Shown: in pieces, positions 1 to 9,909 of the stretch | Layout: each line of letters starts with the position of its first letter | How positions within the stretch are numbered: position 1 is the stretch's first letter | From: an uncultured Planctomycetaceae bacterium | Lineage (GTDB): Bacteria; Planctomycetota; Planctomycetia; Planctomycetales; Planctomycetaceae | Direction: 5' to 3' | Length of the DNA stretch: 40,517 nucleotides | Assembly: GCA_937919915.1 (NCBI GenBank) | Contig: CALFOL010000581.1 | Coordinates: forward strand, 1-40,517 | The notes under the pieces: generated by a model | Seen by the model: only the letters and a program-made list of their open reading frames with translations | What the model was told of the DNA's origin: nothing | Database searches by the model: none | Program-made: the position numbers and the translations under genes

Positions 1-238
1 GTCGCCCGGGGTTGATCATCGCGGGCGGCAGCATTTTGTAGACGTCGTGGTAGTTCGCGAGAGCGAGCCCAACCTGCTTTAGGTTATTCCGGCACTGAGT
101 TCTGCGAGCTGCTTCTCGCGCGTTCTGAACGGCTGGCAGCAGTAATGCAATCAGAATCGCGATAATGGCCACAACGACCAACAGTTCGATCAGTGTGAAT
201 CCGGAACGGCGGCGTGTCCAACTGGCAGGATATGGCAT
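1..238 (-). CDS. DUF1559-family prepilin-type N-terminal cleavage/methylation protein (runs off the left edge of the window)
   Basis: Not in the ORF track. Manual translation from the ATG at 238 gives [72 protein letters not shown]. This is the [10 protein letters not shown] prepilin motif plus the AREAARR..C.NNLKQ.GLA..NYHD signature of planctomycete DUF1559 proteins. Confidence 0.95.
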   Translation of the reverse strand, partial: MPYPASWTRRRSGFTLIELLVVVAIIAILIALLLPAVQNAREAARRTQCRNNLKQVGLALANYHDVYKMLPPAMINPGR

Positions 239-258
239 TGTGGGTTTCAACAAACCGT

Positions 259-269
259 GGGGGGGGGGG
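259..269. repeat. G11 homopolymer tract
   Basis: Eleven consecutive G, 21-31 nt upstream of the DUF1559 ATG, in a divergent intergenic region. Confidence 0.9.
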
Positions 270-504
270 AATGGAAGCTCTGGTCATTACGATGCCATCT
301 GCTTCCGGCGAAGTTGAGGAGATTTACAGAGTCGGTCTGGTTTTTCCCACCCCGATCGATTGTGCGTCGCAAAGAAGCAAGGAAAGCTATTCCGGTTGAA
401 TGAATGTTTGCGCCCCAGCATGGTCGCTCGCATTGGCGAGGAGTGGTATTTATGCTGTCATTCTGCCCACCTCATTCTTTCACTACCCCACCTGCCAATT
501 TGCA

Positions 505-3500
505 ATGAAAACCATGCAACAATTCATCCTTGTGACGCTCGGCGTCCTGGCTTTTGCCTTGCCGTCAACCGCTTTTGCGCAGGTTTCAACATCATTCGAC
601 ACTACCGTTGAGAAGCTCTCTGCCCAGGAATCGCAGCGAAAGCAACAACTGTTTAACGGTAAAGATCTTGCGGGCTGGCAGGGCGATGCAAATCGCTGGT
701 CCGTTGTTGATGGAACGATTCGCGGGGCGAACGACAATCAGGTTCCGAGCAGCACGTATCTATTCACTGATAAAAGCTATCGTAACTTTCGGCTGCTGCT
801 GGAAGTCAAGCAGACAATGGGCGACGAGTATTCGACCATGCATTCCGCTGTGTGTGCATTGGGTGAACGCTTTACGGACAAAGGCGACAACGCATATGGC
901 TTCAAAGGCCCGCTGCTGATGTTTTGTCACGACTGGGGCATCTGGGATGCGTATCGACGCAACCGTGTTGTCGACCGCGGACCCGGACCACAGGTGGAGA
1001 AGAAGGGCGACTGGAATCTGATTGAGATTCTGGTGATCGGCAACCGCATTCGATTTGCCGCTAACGGGACGCAGGTTTTTGATTTCACTGACAAGCCTGA
1101 GATGTTACAGGAGTCTCCGATCGGTCTGCAGCTGCATAGCAATGGTCAGGCACAGGAGTATCGTTTTCGTGGATTGGTGCTGACGGAGAATCCGGAAGAT
1201 CGGCTAATCACTGCTAAAGCGACGTACACGCAGAAGGTGGAAGTGCAGGAAGCCGTGGAACGCGGTGTTGAATCCACTGAAACTGAAACACCAGAAACGG
1301 ATTTGAAATCTGAGATTTCAGATCTGGAATTCAATAGCGGTCCGAATGCGCAGTGGGTATGGGGCGACGATAACCAGTCCGACTATGTTCTGAAGACGAC
1401 GTTCAACGCCGCAAATGTGAAGTCTGCGCGGCTGAAAGCGTCGTGCGACAACGTGGGCACGGTGTTCATTAATGGCAAACAGGTGGCGACCAGTGATGCC
1501 TGGGCACAGGGGATGTCGGCTGACGTGACAAAGCACCTTTCTGCTGGAAAGAACACGATTTCCGCGAAGGTATCGAACCAGGGCGGCATCGCGGCGTTCG
1601 TTCTAAAGTTGGCGATGAAGGAAGCGGATGGCAAGCTGAGTCACGTTGTCACCAGCGGCGACTGGACGGTTGGTGACGATCAGAAAGTAGCTGGTCGCGG
1701 CGATTACGGCGACGGACCCTGGGGGAAAGTGTTTGATGGTGCGTCCGAGCAGGCAGGCCGAGTTCCTCGCGGAGTCTTCGAAGTCCTGCCAGGATTTCAG
1801 GTTGAGAAACTCTTTACTGTTCCGAAAGAAGAACTTGGTTCGTGGGTCTGCATTGCCTTCGACAACAAAGGCCGGTTGCTGGCGAGCGATCAGGGGAATC
1901 TGGGGATTTGCCGCATCACGCCGCCCGCTGTGAAAAGCGGAGAGACGGTTGTTGAACGCCTGGATTTTTCTAAGTGCGAATGTCAACCTTCGGGTGCTCA
2001 CGGAATGCTGTGGGCCTTCGACAGCCTCTACTTCTGCTGCAACGGCGGACCAGGCAGCGGGCTTTATCGAGCTCGCGACACGGATGGCGACGATCAGTTT
2101 GATGAGTGCGTGAAGCTGAAAGAGTTTCGTGGTGGTGGAGAACACGGACCGCATTCGATTCGTCTTTCGCCGGATGGCAAACGAATTTTTGTCATCGCGG
2201 GTAATCACACAGATCCACCGTTCAATCCGGGCGAAGAAGACGACAACAAAAACTACAGCAGCCGCATTCCAACCAACTGGGGTGAAGACCATTTGCTGCC
2301 ACGCATGTGGGATGCGAACGGACATGCGCGCGGCAAGCTGGCTCCGGGTGGCTGGATCGCCAGCACCGATCCGGACGGCAAGACGTGGGATATCTGGAGC
2401 GTTGGCTATCGCAACCCGTACGACATGGCTTTTAATGCAGACGGCGAATTGTTCGCTTACGACGCGGACATGGAATGGGACGTCGGCAGTCCGTGGTATC
2501 GTCCGACGCGTGTCGTGCATGCCACCAGCGGCAGTGAATTCGGCTGGCGCAGTGGAACGGGCAAGTGGCCGACATACTATCTCGACAGTCTTCCGCCACT
2601 GGTCGACATCGGTCCAGGTTCACCGGTGGGCGTCGACTTTGGCTACGGCTTGAAGTTTCCGGCGAAGTATCAAAAGGCACTGTACATCTGCGACTGGACG
2701 TTCGGCACGATGTACGCGATTCATACAGAACCGCATCTGAGCAGTTACAAGGCGACGAAGGAAGAATTCGTTTCGCGAACTCCGCTGCCACTGACGGACT
2801 GCGCTGCTGGTCCGGATGGTGCGTTGTACTTTACGATTGGTGGGCGAGGTGCACAGTCGGAGTTGTATCGAGTCACCTACGTCGGAGACGAACTAACCGG
2901 GACTGTTTCGGCGGTTGATACGAAATTCGCCGATGCTCGTGAGCATCGGCAGGAGTTCGAAAAACACCACTCATTTGGGGGCGATGATTCCACTTCTTTG
3001 TCCGAAATGGCTGGTGAACTTATCACGGCTCGAGACGGTAAGGAGCTGGAGTCGGGCGACCGATTCCTGAAGACGGCGGTTCGAAATGCGTTCTACAATT
3101 CTGATCTGCTCAACACACTGTTCAGCACTGAAGATCTGCTTGAAATGGCGAAGGAGCACACGGCCAGAGATCCCGACGACGTTCCTCAAACAGATCTGGA
3201 GATCGGTGTCGTCCTGTCTCTTGCAAAGACTCCTGTTTCCCGCCTTTCGAGATTGGGCAACGATGAGAAAGATCTAGCTCGATGGAAATCAGCAGCTCAT
3301 GAAGTGGCTGTTATGGTCCTGAACGAGCTGGATTTCGGATCGCTGACGCTTGAGCAAAAGGAAAATTACCTCAGAGCCATGTCGTTGACATGGATCCGAC
3401 TCGGGGAACCAAAACCGGAAACGGCGCAGGCTCTTTCCGCCCGCCTGATCGATTATTTTCCGGCAGCGGACTCTGACTTGAACCGCGAACTTTGTCAGAT

Positions 3501-4410
3501 GCTGGTCTACCTGAATTCGCCAACGGTCGTTGCGAAGACAGTCGCACTGCTCAACCAACCGCCACAGCGAGACAACATCGACATGGGTGATCTGCTGACT
3601 CGCAACGCTGGCTACGGTCGCGACATCAATGCGATGATTGCCAATCAGCCGGACCAGAATCAAATTTGGTACGCGTTCTGTCTGCGAGTCGCGAAGGCTG
3701 GCTGGACGCCGGAATTGCGTGCCGACTATTACCGCTGGTTCGGGCGAGCTCAAACGTGGTCCGGCGGCAACAGCTTCAAAAAGTTCCTGCAGAACATTGA
3801 AGGCGAAGCGTGGGACGCGACGCCGTTTGATCATCGCGTTCTGGTTGAAGCTGCGGGCGCTCGTACGCCATACGCTGTTCCGGAATTACCGAAACCGACC
3901 GGTCCGGGCAAAGCATGGGCACTGGAAGAAGTTCGAGCTCTGGCCCAGGACGGCTTGAAGAATCGCAACTTCGAAAACGGCAAAAAGGCGTTCGCCGCCA
4001 CGCGTTGCATTGTCTGCCATCGCTTTGCCGGCGACGGCGGTGCCACCGGGCCTGATCTGACACAACTCGCAGGGCGGTTTAACATCGAAGCCCTGACCGA
4101 AGCGATCATGGAGCCCAGTAAAGTGATCAGCGATCAGTACCGTGCGAGTACTGTCGCCACGAGTGCTGGTAAAGTCATCGTGGGGCGGATCGTCTCAGAG
4201 AACGACCAGCAGATCAGCGTGTTGACCGATCCGGAAAACAGCACGAAGATCGTTGATATCCCCAAGACAGACATCGACGAAGTGTTGCCGTCCAAGGTGT
4301 CGATCATGCCGGCGGACTTGCTGAAGCCGTTGAATCAGGATGAAGTTCTCGACTTGCTGGCATACTTGCTGTCACGCGGAGATGAAAAGAGCGGCATGTT
4401 CGCGAAGTGA
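505..4410 (+). CDS. Secreted multidomain protein: DUF1080 (3-keto-glycoside hydrolase-like) + galactose-binding-like domain + sorbosone/glucose-dehydrogenase-like beta-propeller + helical region + C-terminal PVC-type c-type heme domain
   Basis: The likely start is ATG 505 with a signal peptide (MKTMQQFILVTLGVLAFALPSTAFAQ); the ORF track starts at 400. DUF1080 motifs: LFNGKDLAGW, GDWNLIEI, PIGLQLH. Jelly-roll motifs: SCDN..VFING, LSAGKNTI. Propeller motifs: GEHGPH, GYRNPYD, YDADMEWD. Heme domain: CIVCH followed by GPDLT and SIMP. Confidence 0.85.
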   Translation: MKTMQQFILVTLGVLAFALPSTAFAQVSTSFDTTVEKLSAQESQRKQQLFNGKDLAGWQGDANRWSVVDGTIRGANDNQVPSSTYLFTDKSYRNFRLLLEVKQTMGDEYSTMHSAVCALGERFTDKGDNAYGFKGPLLMFCHDWGIWDAYRRNRVVDRGPGPQVEKKGDWNLIEILVIGNRIRFAANGTQVFDFTDKPEMLQESPIGLQLHSNGQAQEYRFRGLVLTENPEDRLITAKATYTQKVEVQEAVERGVESTETETPETDLKSEISDLEFNSGPNAQWVWGDDNQSDYVLKTTFNAANVKSARLKASCDNVGTVFINGKQVATSDAWAQGMSADVTKHLSAGKNTISAKVSNQGGIAAFVLKLAMKEADGKLSHVVTSGDWTVGDDQKVAGRGDYGDGPWGKVFDGASEQAGRVPRGVFEVLPGFQVEKLFTVPKEELGSWVCIAFDNKGRLLASDQGNLGICRITPPAVKSGETVVERLDFSKCECQPSGAHGMLWAFDSLYFCCNGGPGSGLYRARDTDGDDQFDECVKLKEFRGGGEHGPHSIRLSPDGKRIFVIAGNHTDPPFNPGEEDDNKNYSSRIPTNWGEDHLLPRMWDANGHARGKLAPGGWIASTDPDGKTWDIWSVGYRNPYDMAFNADGELFAYDADMEWDVGSPWYRPTRVVHATSGSEFGWRSGTGKWPTYYLDSLPPLVDIGPGSPVGVDFGYGLKFPAKYQKALYICDWTFGTMYAIHTEPHLSSYKATKEEFVSRTPLPLTDCAAGPDGALYFTIGGRGAQSELYRVTYVGDELTGTVSAVDTKFADAREHRQEFEKHHSFGGDDSTSLSEMAGELITARDGKELESGDRFLKTAVRNAFYNSDLLNTLFSTEDLLEMAKEHTARDPDDVPQTDLEIGVVLSLAKTPVSRLSRLGNDEKDLARWKSAAHEVAVMVLNELDFGSLTLEQKENYLRAMSLTWIRLGEPKPETAQALSARLIDYFPAADSDLNRELCQMLVYLNSPTVVAKTVALLNQPPQRDNIDMGDLLTRNAGYGRDINAMIANQPDQNQIWYAFCLRVAKAGWTPELRADYYRWFGRAQTWSGGNSFKKFLQNIEGEAWDATPFDHRVLVEAAGARTPYAVPELPKPTGPGKAWALEEVRALAQDGLKNRNFENGKKAFAATRCIVCHRFAGDGGATGPDLTQLAGRFNIEALTEAIMEPSKVISDQYRASTVATSAGKVIVGRIVSENDQQISVLTDPENSTKIVDIPKTDIDEVLPSKVSIMPADLLKPLNQDEVLDLLAYLLSRGDEKSGMFAK

Positions 4411-4500
4411 TTGATCGCAGGAACCTCTCCTGCAGACCGAATTCCGGGCTAATGTTTTGCCAACAATTCCTGTGAGACATTGGGAGTTTCTCTGCTGTGA

Positions 4501-4757
4501 AAATGAGCCGCCGCGCAACACTCGATCTCGTTTGGTTTCGTCGATGAACTGGTAAGCGGCGATCGATAAATCCGGGGTCGATTGCAGGCGTGTCTGAGTA
4601 GATACCGTAATGCCTATCGCACTATGTAGAAACATTTCCATGCAAGTCAGGAGCTTTCTACCCAATTTTCGTCTTTCCAGCCGAAGCCACCTCTACCGTC
4701 TTGTTCTGTATCTGTTTCGTATCCTGTCGCCTCGACAAACTGACGGAATTGGCGGGT
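4501..4757 (-). pseudogene. Relic of an FGE-sulfatase (SUMF1/C-type lectin fold) domain gene
   Basis: Three collinear minus-strand blocks in different frames: TRQFRQFVEATGYETDTEQDGRGGFGWKDENWVES, then DLHGNVST*CDRHYGIYSDTPAIDPG (DLHGNV at 4648-4631, TAG at 4624-4622), then DRVLRGGSF (4524-4501). These match the family motifs QFRQFVEATGY, DMHGNVWEWC and RVLRGGS[WF], with internal deletions and frameshifts. Confidence 0.8.
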
Positions 4758-4826
4758 TAAACGAGGTTTCTCTGTTTGCTTTCCTCAGTGTGTCTCGGCA
4801 AGCCGCAGGGTATTACACTGTGCCTT

Positions 4827-5369
4827 ATGCAGAATTCCGAACAACAGAACGTCGTCTATCTGATGCGAGGCCTGCCGGGGTGTGGCAAGAGTCACCGCGC
4901 GAAGCGACTGGCGGGCGAACAAGGTGTCGTCCTGGAAACCGACGAGTACTTTTACACTCAGGCTGGAACCGATTCCACGTCTTTTGATTTCAGCAAGGAC
5001 CTCTTGCCCGAAGCCAGACGATGGAATCTGGCTCGCATGAAGGGGGCCCTTGTCGCTGGCGTCTCACCCATCGTTGTGGACCGAGGTAACGGATTGAATG
5101 TAGAGACTCGCGAATTCGCAGCTCTGGCCGTTGAGCACGGTTATGCCGTCGAACTGGCCGAGCCGGATTCTTTATGGTGGCAGGAGTTGCGGGTGCTGTT
5201 GAAGTACGAGGAATTCGTCGGCGAAAAACTCTTCGACGCGTGGGCTGAAAAGCTTGCCGATAGTACTTGGCAAGGTCACCGCGTCCCGGCTTCCACAATT
5301 CGCCGTTGGATGCAGCATTGGCGCCATGACGTAACCGTCGACCAGATCCTCCATTGCAGCGATGCGTAA
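4827..5369 (+). CDS. AAA_33-type P-loop kinase, N4BP2/CNPase polynucleotide-kinase-like
   Basis: Walker A LMRGLPGCGKS, then ETDEYF, IVVDRGN, GYAVELAEPDSLWW and HRVPASTIRR. The likely start is ATG 4827; the ORF track starts at 4776. Confidence 0.8.
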   Translation: MQNSEQQNVVYLMRGLPGCGKSHRAKRLAGEQGVVLETDEYFYTQAGTDSTSFDFSKDLLPEARRWNLARMKGALVAGVSPIVVDRGNGLNVETREFAALAVEHGYAVELAEPDSLWWQELRVLLKYEEFVGEKLFDAWAEKLADSTWQGHRVPASTIRRWMQHWRHDVTVDQILHCSDA

Positions 5370-5408
5370 AGCGTTGGACCACTGCCAATCGATGCTATGG
5401 TGGCTGCA

Positions 5409-5561
5409 GGACGGGCTCAAACTTGATCGGGCGGGAACAGCTTGAAAAAGTTCCTGCAGCACATCGAAGGCAAAGCGTGGGATGTGACGCCGTTCGATCG
5501 TCGCGTACTTGTCGAAGCCGCGGGAACTCGCACGCCACACGCTGCTCCGGAATTCCCGAAG
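5409..5561 (+). pseudogene. Diverged internal fragment homologous to 3742-3894 of the upstream heme-binding gene
   Basis: Gap-free 153-nt alignment, counted by hand: 25 mismatches, 18 of them at third codon positions. 41 of 51 residues are identical, and Trp TGG is changed to TGA at 5424-5426. Confidence 0.9.
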
Positions 5562-5668
5562 ACCGAAAATCAGATTGAGGTGTTTCACGCCGTGATGAAA
5601 GATCCCCGGATGCAGCGGGTCGCCAGATTGAGCCGAGATTGTCATTCGTCGGCAACTTCCGCAACGGG

Positions 5669-8547
5669 TCATTCCACAGGAGTCTGTGGCACGAGCGCAC
5701 TGAAGACGATTTGCTTTCCGTCCGGGGACCAGTCACAGTCGAACGTCTGCCAGTCGGCCGGGACGCCAGACACAGGCTCGTCGTCCTTGTCGCGATTCAC
5801 AGTCGCAAGCCGCATTAGATTGGTGGAAGGGTCAAGCACAGAAAAGCCGACTCGCCGACCGTCCGGGTGCCACGTGAAATCTTCATTCACGCGAAGGGTT
5901 CCCGTATAGGCGAATTTGAATCCTTCCGGCGAATCCACATCCGCCACGACGACTGCGGCACCACCATTCGGCGTGCTGGCTTTGAATGCGATGGACCTGC
6001 TGTTGTGAGACCAGCCGAGATTCCAATAGATCGAACGAATCTGTGTCTGCTGCTCCGCCGTCAGCAGCTGACGACGGGCGTTGGTGTTTACGTTCAGCAA
6101 AGTGATGTTGTTTCCCGCGCCCCAGGCAATGTATTTCCCGTCTGGTGACCACTGAGTTCCCCAGCCGCCGCTTTCCACCTGCTCCCGCGCGGTGCCGTCG
6201 GTGTTCATTCGCATAATGCCGGGGCGGCTGAACACCAGCTGCTTTCCATCAGGCGACAGACTGGGCATGCAGCCCGCGCCGAGATCCTTCGCACCGGTCC
6301 CGTCCGCGTTCATGATCATGATGTGAGAGGTCCCGGTACCGCCCATCGACATGTCGCACACGAGCTGTTTGCCGTCCGCCGACCATTCCGCAGAACCCAG
6401 GTGTTTGAGGCCATTCAGCGGATCGGTTACGCGTTCGACCGTCCCATCAGCAACCGATAGCACATGCAGCGTTCGCCCCGGCGCACTCTCCTTCGGCGGA
6501 TAGAACATCAATTTCTCGGCGGCAATGCGAACGCTCTTCCAGACAACGCTGCCGGATGTGCGACCGTTGCAAAGGATGCGCAGATCAACACCCGCATCCG
6601 TGGTCTCCGCAGCATTGAACTCCCGTTCATCGACCAGCTGAAACACCGACGAATCCGCTTCAGCAAACAGGAAGGACATGGTTGAGCCTCGACGAGCTAT
6701 TCGCAGTCGGCCGGAAAGTGCTTCGCTGGCCGTGTTTTCGCCATTGCCGTAGACTCGCTGCCCCTGCTTCATCTCGGACCACGACGAACGTAACGATTCA
6801 CGTGCGCGCGGTCCATGCATTCTGGCAATCCTCGGAATGATGTGTTGCGTATCGTTCAGCTTGACGTTCAATAGAATACCGGCTTCCGCGTCACCATTAA
6901 ACTTCAGGTCACTGAAGGCCGCCTCCACATCAAAGTCTCCGTGTAGTTCGAACGGCAGTTTCAGATCCCGCGAAGACCAGTTGCCGGAAGCTGTCATTTC
7001 AGCCAACACACCGTCACTGCGAACCTGCATGCTGCCCGCTTGACTGTCGTTCCAGCGAAAATACTCCGCTGGCAATCCGCCTTGTTCGAAGCTGTGTGCG
7101 AATACCGCCTTCAACGCTGCTCGGCTTTTATCGAGCTTCAGGACCTGTTTGTCGGCCAGCATGTGGTCGGCCGGAGACGGCACCGCGTGTGGCCAGTTGC
7201 CCCTCATAATCACGTTGCGGACGCGGACTTCTTCTTCGCCCACAAAGTGAAACAGGCCGAATGTTCGATGATTGCCGGGGTTGAGTTCTCGCTCAAAGAT
7301 CTTGTGCCCGTTGAGTTCCAGTGAGGCGGTGTTGCCGGTGAGAGACAGTTTGACGTGATTCCAGTCCGCGACGTTGAGCGGAATCATTTTCGGACCGCGT
7401 TGATACTGTGATTCGTCGAAGGAATTACCCGGCTCAACAACCGTGGGGTCATACTTTTCATCGGTCACCCAGTGAATCCGCACACCATCGCGTTGCAGTA
7501 AAAAGGTGAGCCGATCCAATGCGGGATGTGTATGAACCAGTCCGGGTTCGTAGAAGAAGTCGTACTCCACCGACCCGTCTTCGGCCAGCGGGCGGTGATA
7601 GCGCAGCAGACTTTCGGAGTTTGTCCCCTTCAAACTGGTCCATCGAGCACCGACAATCTGTCCCGTGCTGTCGGCGTCGTCCATATGTTGCCATGCGGCT
7701 GTTTCATAGCCGACCGAAGTATTGTGATAAGACAACCAGTTGAGAAGCTCCTTCGCCGCGGACATCACGACGGCCTCCGGAACGACGGGGCTCCCGGAGA
7801 TGGTGACGTTTCTGAACTGAGCGTCGTTTCCCCACCAGCTGCGAATGGCAAACCACGGATCCGAGTGCTCGGAAAGCGCAATCTGGCGGACCATTCGTCC
7901 GTGAAACCAGATCGTACACGCATCGTCCTGAACCACGACTCGAAACCGACACCACACACCTGCCCATGGCACCGGATCTCGTGGCTCCACCTTCGCTCCG
8001 CGCTGGAACGTACCGGTGTCGATAAACGGACGGACTCCCTCGGGTCCAAACAGTTGTCCGGCGACATAGATCTCTGTGGCACCGTCGGCACTGACATCAC
8101 CGTTAATCTCGAAGTTACCTCTCAGAGGTGTGGATCGCTGTGCATGGCAACCTGCAGCAGATCAAAGACTGGCGACACCAGCTCCGCTCCATTCCGCCGC
8201 TTTTGCAGACTCGGACGAAACGCCACCGGCGACGGGTTCGTCTGAGTGAAACCGCCATGCATGCGAATGGCGGAATGCCTGTTCGACGGCAGAACTCAAC
8301 TGGCCAGATACTCGAAGCCTTCTTCGTCCGGCATTGCCGCCGCGCGGTCTCGAACGACTGCAACGTTGTCGCCAGGGATCGCTTCGTCGAAAATCGCATC
8401 GAGGACAAGAGACGAGGGGCGAGTACGATGGAGATCTTCGGTGACTCCTCCCTCGTCCGGGAATTCCCGGGGAGCCGCTTTCGCAGCACATGCCAGCAAT
8501 CCGCACAACAAAACCGTGACCGCAACACGGGTGCAGAATCCGCCCAT
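5669..8547 (-). pseudogene. Disrupted large secreted planctomycete protein (DUF1583-like domains + C-terminal TolB/PD40 beta-propeller)
   Basis: The signal peptide MGGFCTRVAVTVLLCGLLACAAKA starts at 8547. An in-frame TGA at 8298-8296 (EYLAS*VLPS) is followed by a frame that still reads as protein (RMHGGFTQTNP..ELVSPVFDLL). A frameshift or deletion near 8145-8130 joins it to the frame TPLRGNFEI, which continues into the 773-aa ORF 7990-5669. That ORF has ESLLRYHRPL and HPALDRL motifs and repeated WSxDG propeller motifs. The DUF1583 label is from recall; the 773-aa part could still be translated. Confidence 0.7.
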
Positions 8548-9025
8548 GGACTCCACAAGAAAGTGCAATTCGAGGATGCGGGACGAGTAGGAGGGACGAA
8601 TTCGCGGCCTCGGATGGTGACGACTATTTTGAGTTGCAGACATCGATTCAGCCTTTCCGCTGCCAGGCGGGCATTCCGAAGGCGTTGCAAGGCGATTCGG
8701 TCGACGTTCAGGCAGCAACTCTGTGAATGATTCGGGTTGCGACCGTGGATCATGGACAAACACAGAGTCATTGGCAATCGGTCACCGCAATGGTTGCGTG
8801 AATCACTTGGAAAGCTCGGGCCGTCCGCCGCGGAAGCTCGAGCCGAACTGCCAAGAAACGTCGCCCGGAAAGCCAGAAAGGGTCGGAGTTTCAAGAGGAA
8901 GTGGCTCGCGCTGTGGGAATCGTGTGGCACGGGTGAAGCAACCACGTTGCCCCGATTGTATCTGGGAGCGTATCCTGACGAACGGACGGGTGACAATCAC
9001 GCGTCACCAGCGGGCAGAATGACTA

Positions 9026-9901
9026 AGAACGCCTAACAAAACCGGTCTGGCGTTCAAAAGATTTGTGGACGTTTGATTCGTCGTGTGGATAATCAATTGA
9101 AGGAGTGATTACGGATTTGGAGTCCAGGTAATCAAGGAGGTGTGAGATGGCAGAGCCATTCGTGCCAGGCGAATTATGGGCGGTCCTGGAACCGATGATT
9201 CCGAAACATAAACCCAGTCCGAAATGCGGTCGTTCACGAATCGATAATCGCAAAGCGCTGACGGGTATTCTGTTTGTTCTGAAGAGTGGCATTCCGTGGG
9301 ACATGTTGCCTCAGGAAATGGGTTGTGGGTCCGGGATGTCGTGTTGACGTCGCTTGCTGGAATGGCAACAGGCAAGTGTCTGGGACAAGTTGCATCATAC
9401 GCTGCTGAATCAACTTCGCGCGGCTGACCTGATCGATCTGGACTACGCGACAGTGGACAGCGCGTCGATCCGAGCGGTCGGAGGAGGCGGAAAAACCAGG
9501 CTCGATCGCCGGAAACTGACACGCTGGCCGGTGCGAATCGCCGTGATGTCACCCAGTTGATTCCTCTGGTCGACGGCATTCCGCCGATCGCTGGCAAGCC
9601 TGGTCACCCTGTCAGCCGACCGGACGAACTGTATGCAGATCGGGCCTATGATTCGGATCTCATCGAGATCAACTTCGTCAATGCGGCATTGAACCACATC
9701 TGTCTCGCCGCAATCAAGAACATGGAAGCGGACTTGGGGTTTATCGCTGGGTGTCCGAGCGAACGCTCGGATGGATTCACAACTTTCGACGGCTGAGAAT
9801 TCGACTTGATCGTTCTCCAGACATTCATCACGCATTCCTCAAAATCGCAGAATCACTCATCTGCTTCAGTACCCTGCAACATGGGTTTTGTCAGGAGTTC
9901 T
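9026..9901 (+). mobile_element. Degraded IS5-family insertion sequence with 18-bp imperfect terminal inverted repeats
   Basis: Left IR AGAACGCCTAACAAAACC (9026-9043) and right IR GGTTTTGTCAGGAGTTCT (9884-9901) match at 16 of 18 positions and enclose a broken transposase. Confidence 0.9.
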
Positions 9902-9909
9902 CAGCTTAA
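9147..9909 (+). pseudogene. IS5-family transposase pseudogene
   Basis: Motifs: DNRKALTGILFVLKSGIPWDMLPQEMGCGSGMSC*RRL (TGA at 9345-9347 where W is expected), VDSASIRA, GANRRDVTQL, LYADRAYD, and after a frameshift RWVSERTLGWIHNFRRLRIR. The segment carrying the usual K.H..TD..G.PL motif appears to be deleted. Confidence 0.9.

Noticed and set aside
3742-5561. The repeat pair 3742-3894 / 5409-5561 plus a nearby C-type-lectin (FGE) relic as a diversity-generating retroelement TR/VR
   Set aside because: The mismatches are not adenine-specific and fall mostly at third codon positions. The repeat is not at a C-terminal variable region, and no reverse transcriptase is in the window.
8737-9036. Plus-strand 99-aa ORF with a HEAT-repeat-like phrase (LGKLGPSAAEARAEL)
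   Set aside because: It is a single short motif that runs into the IS end. It may be another relic, but the support is too thin to call.
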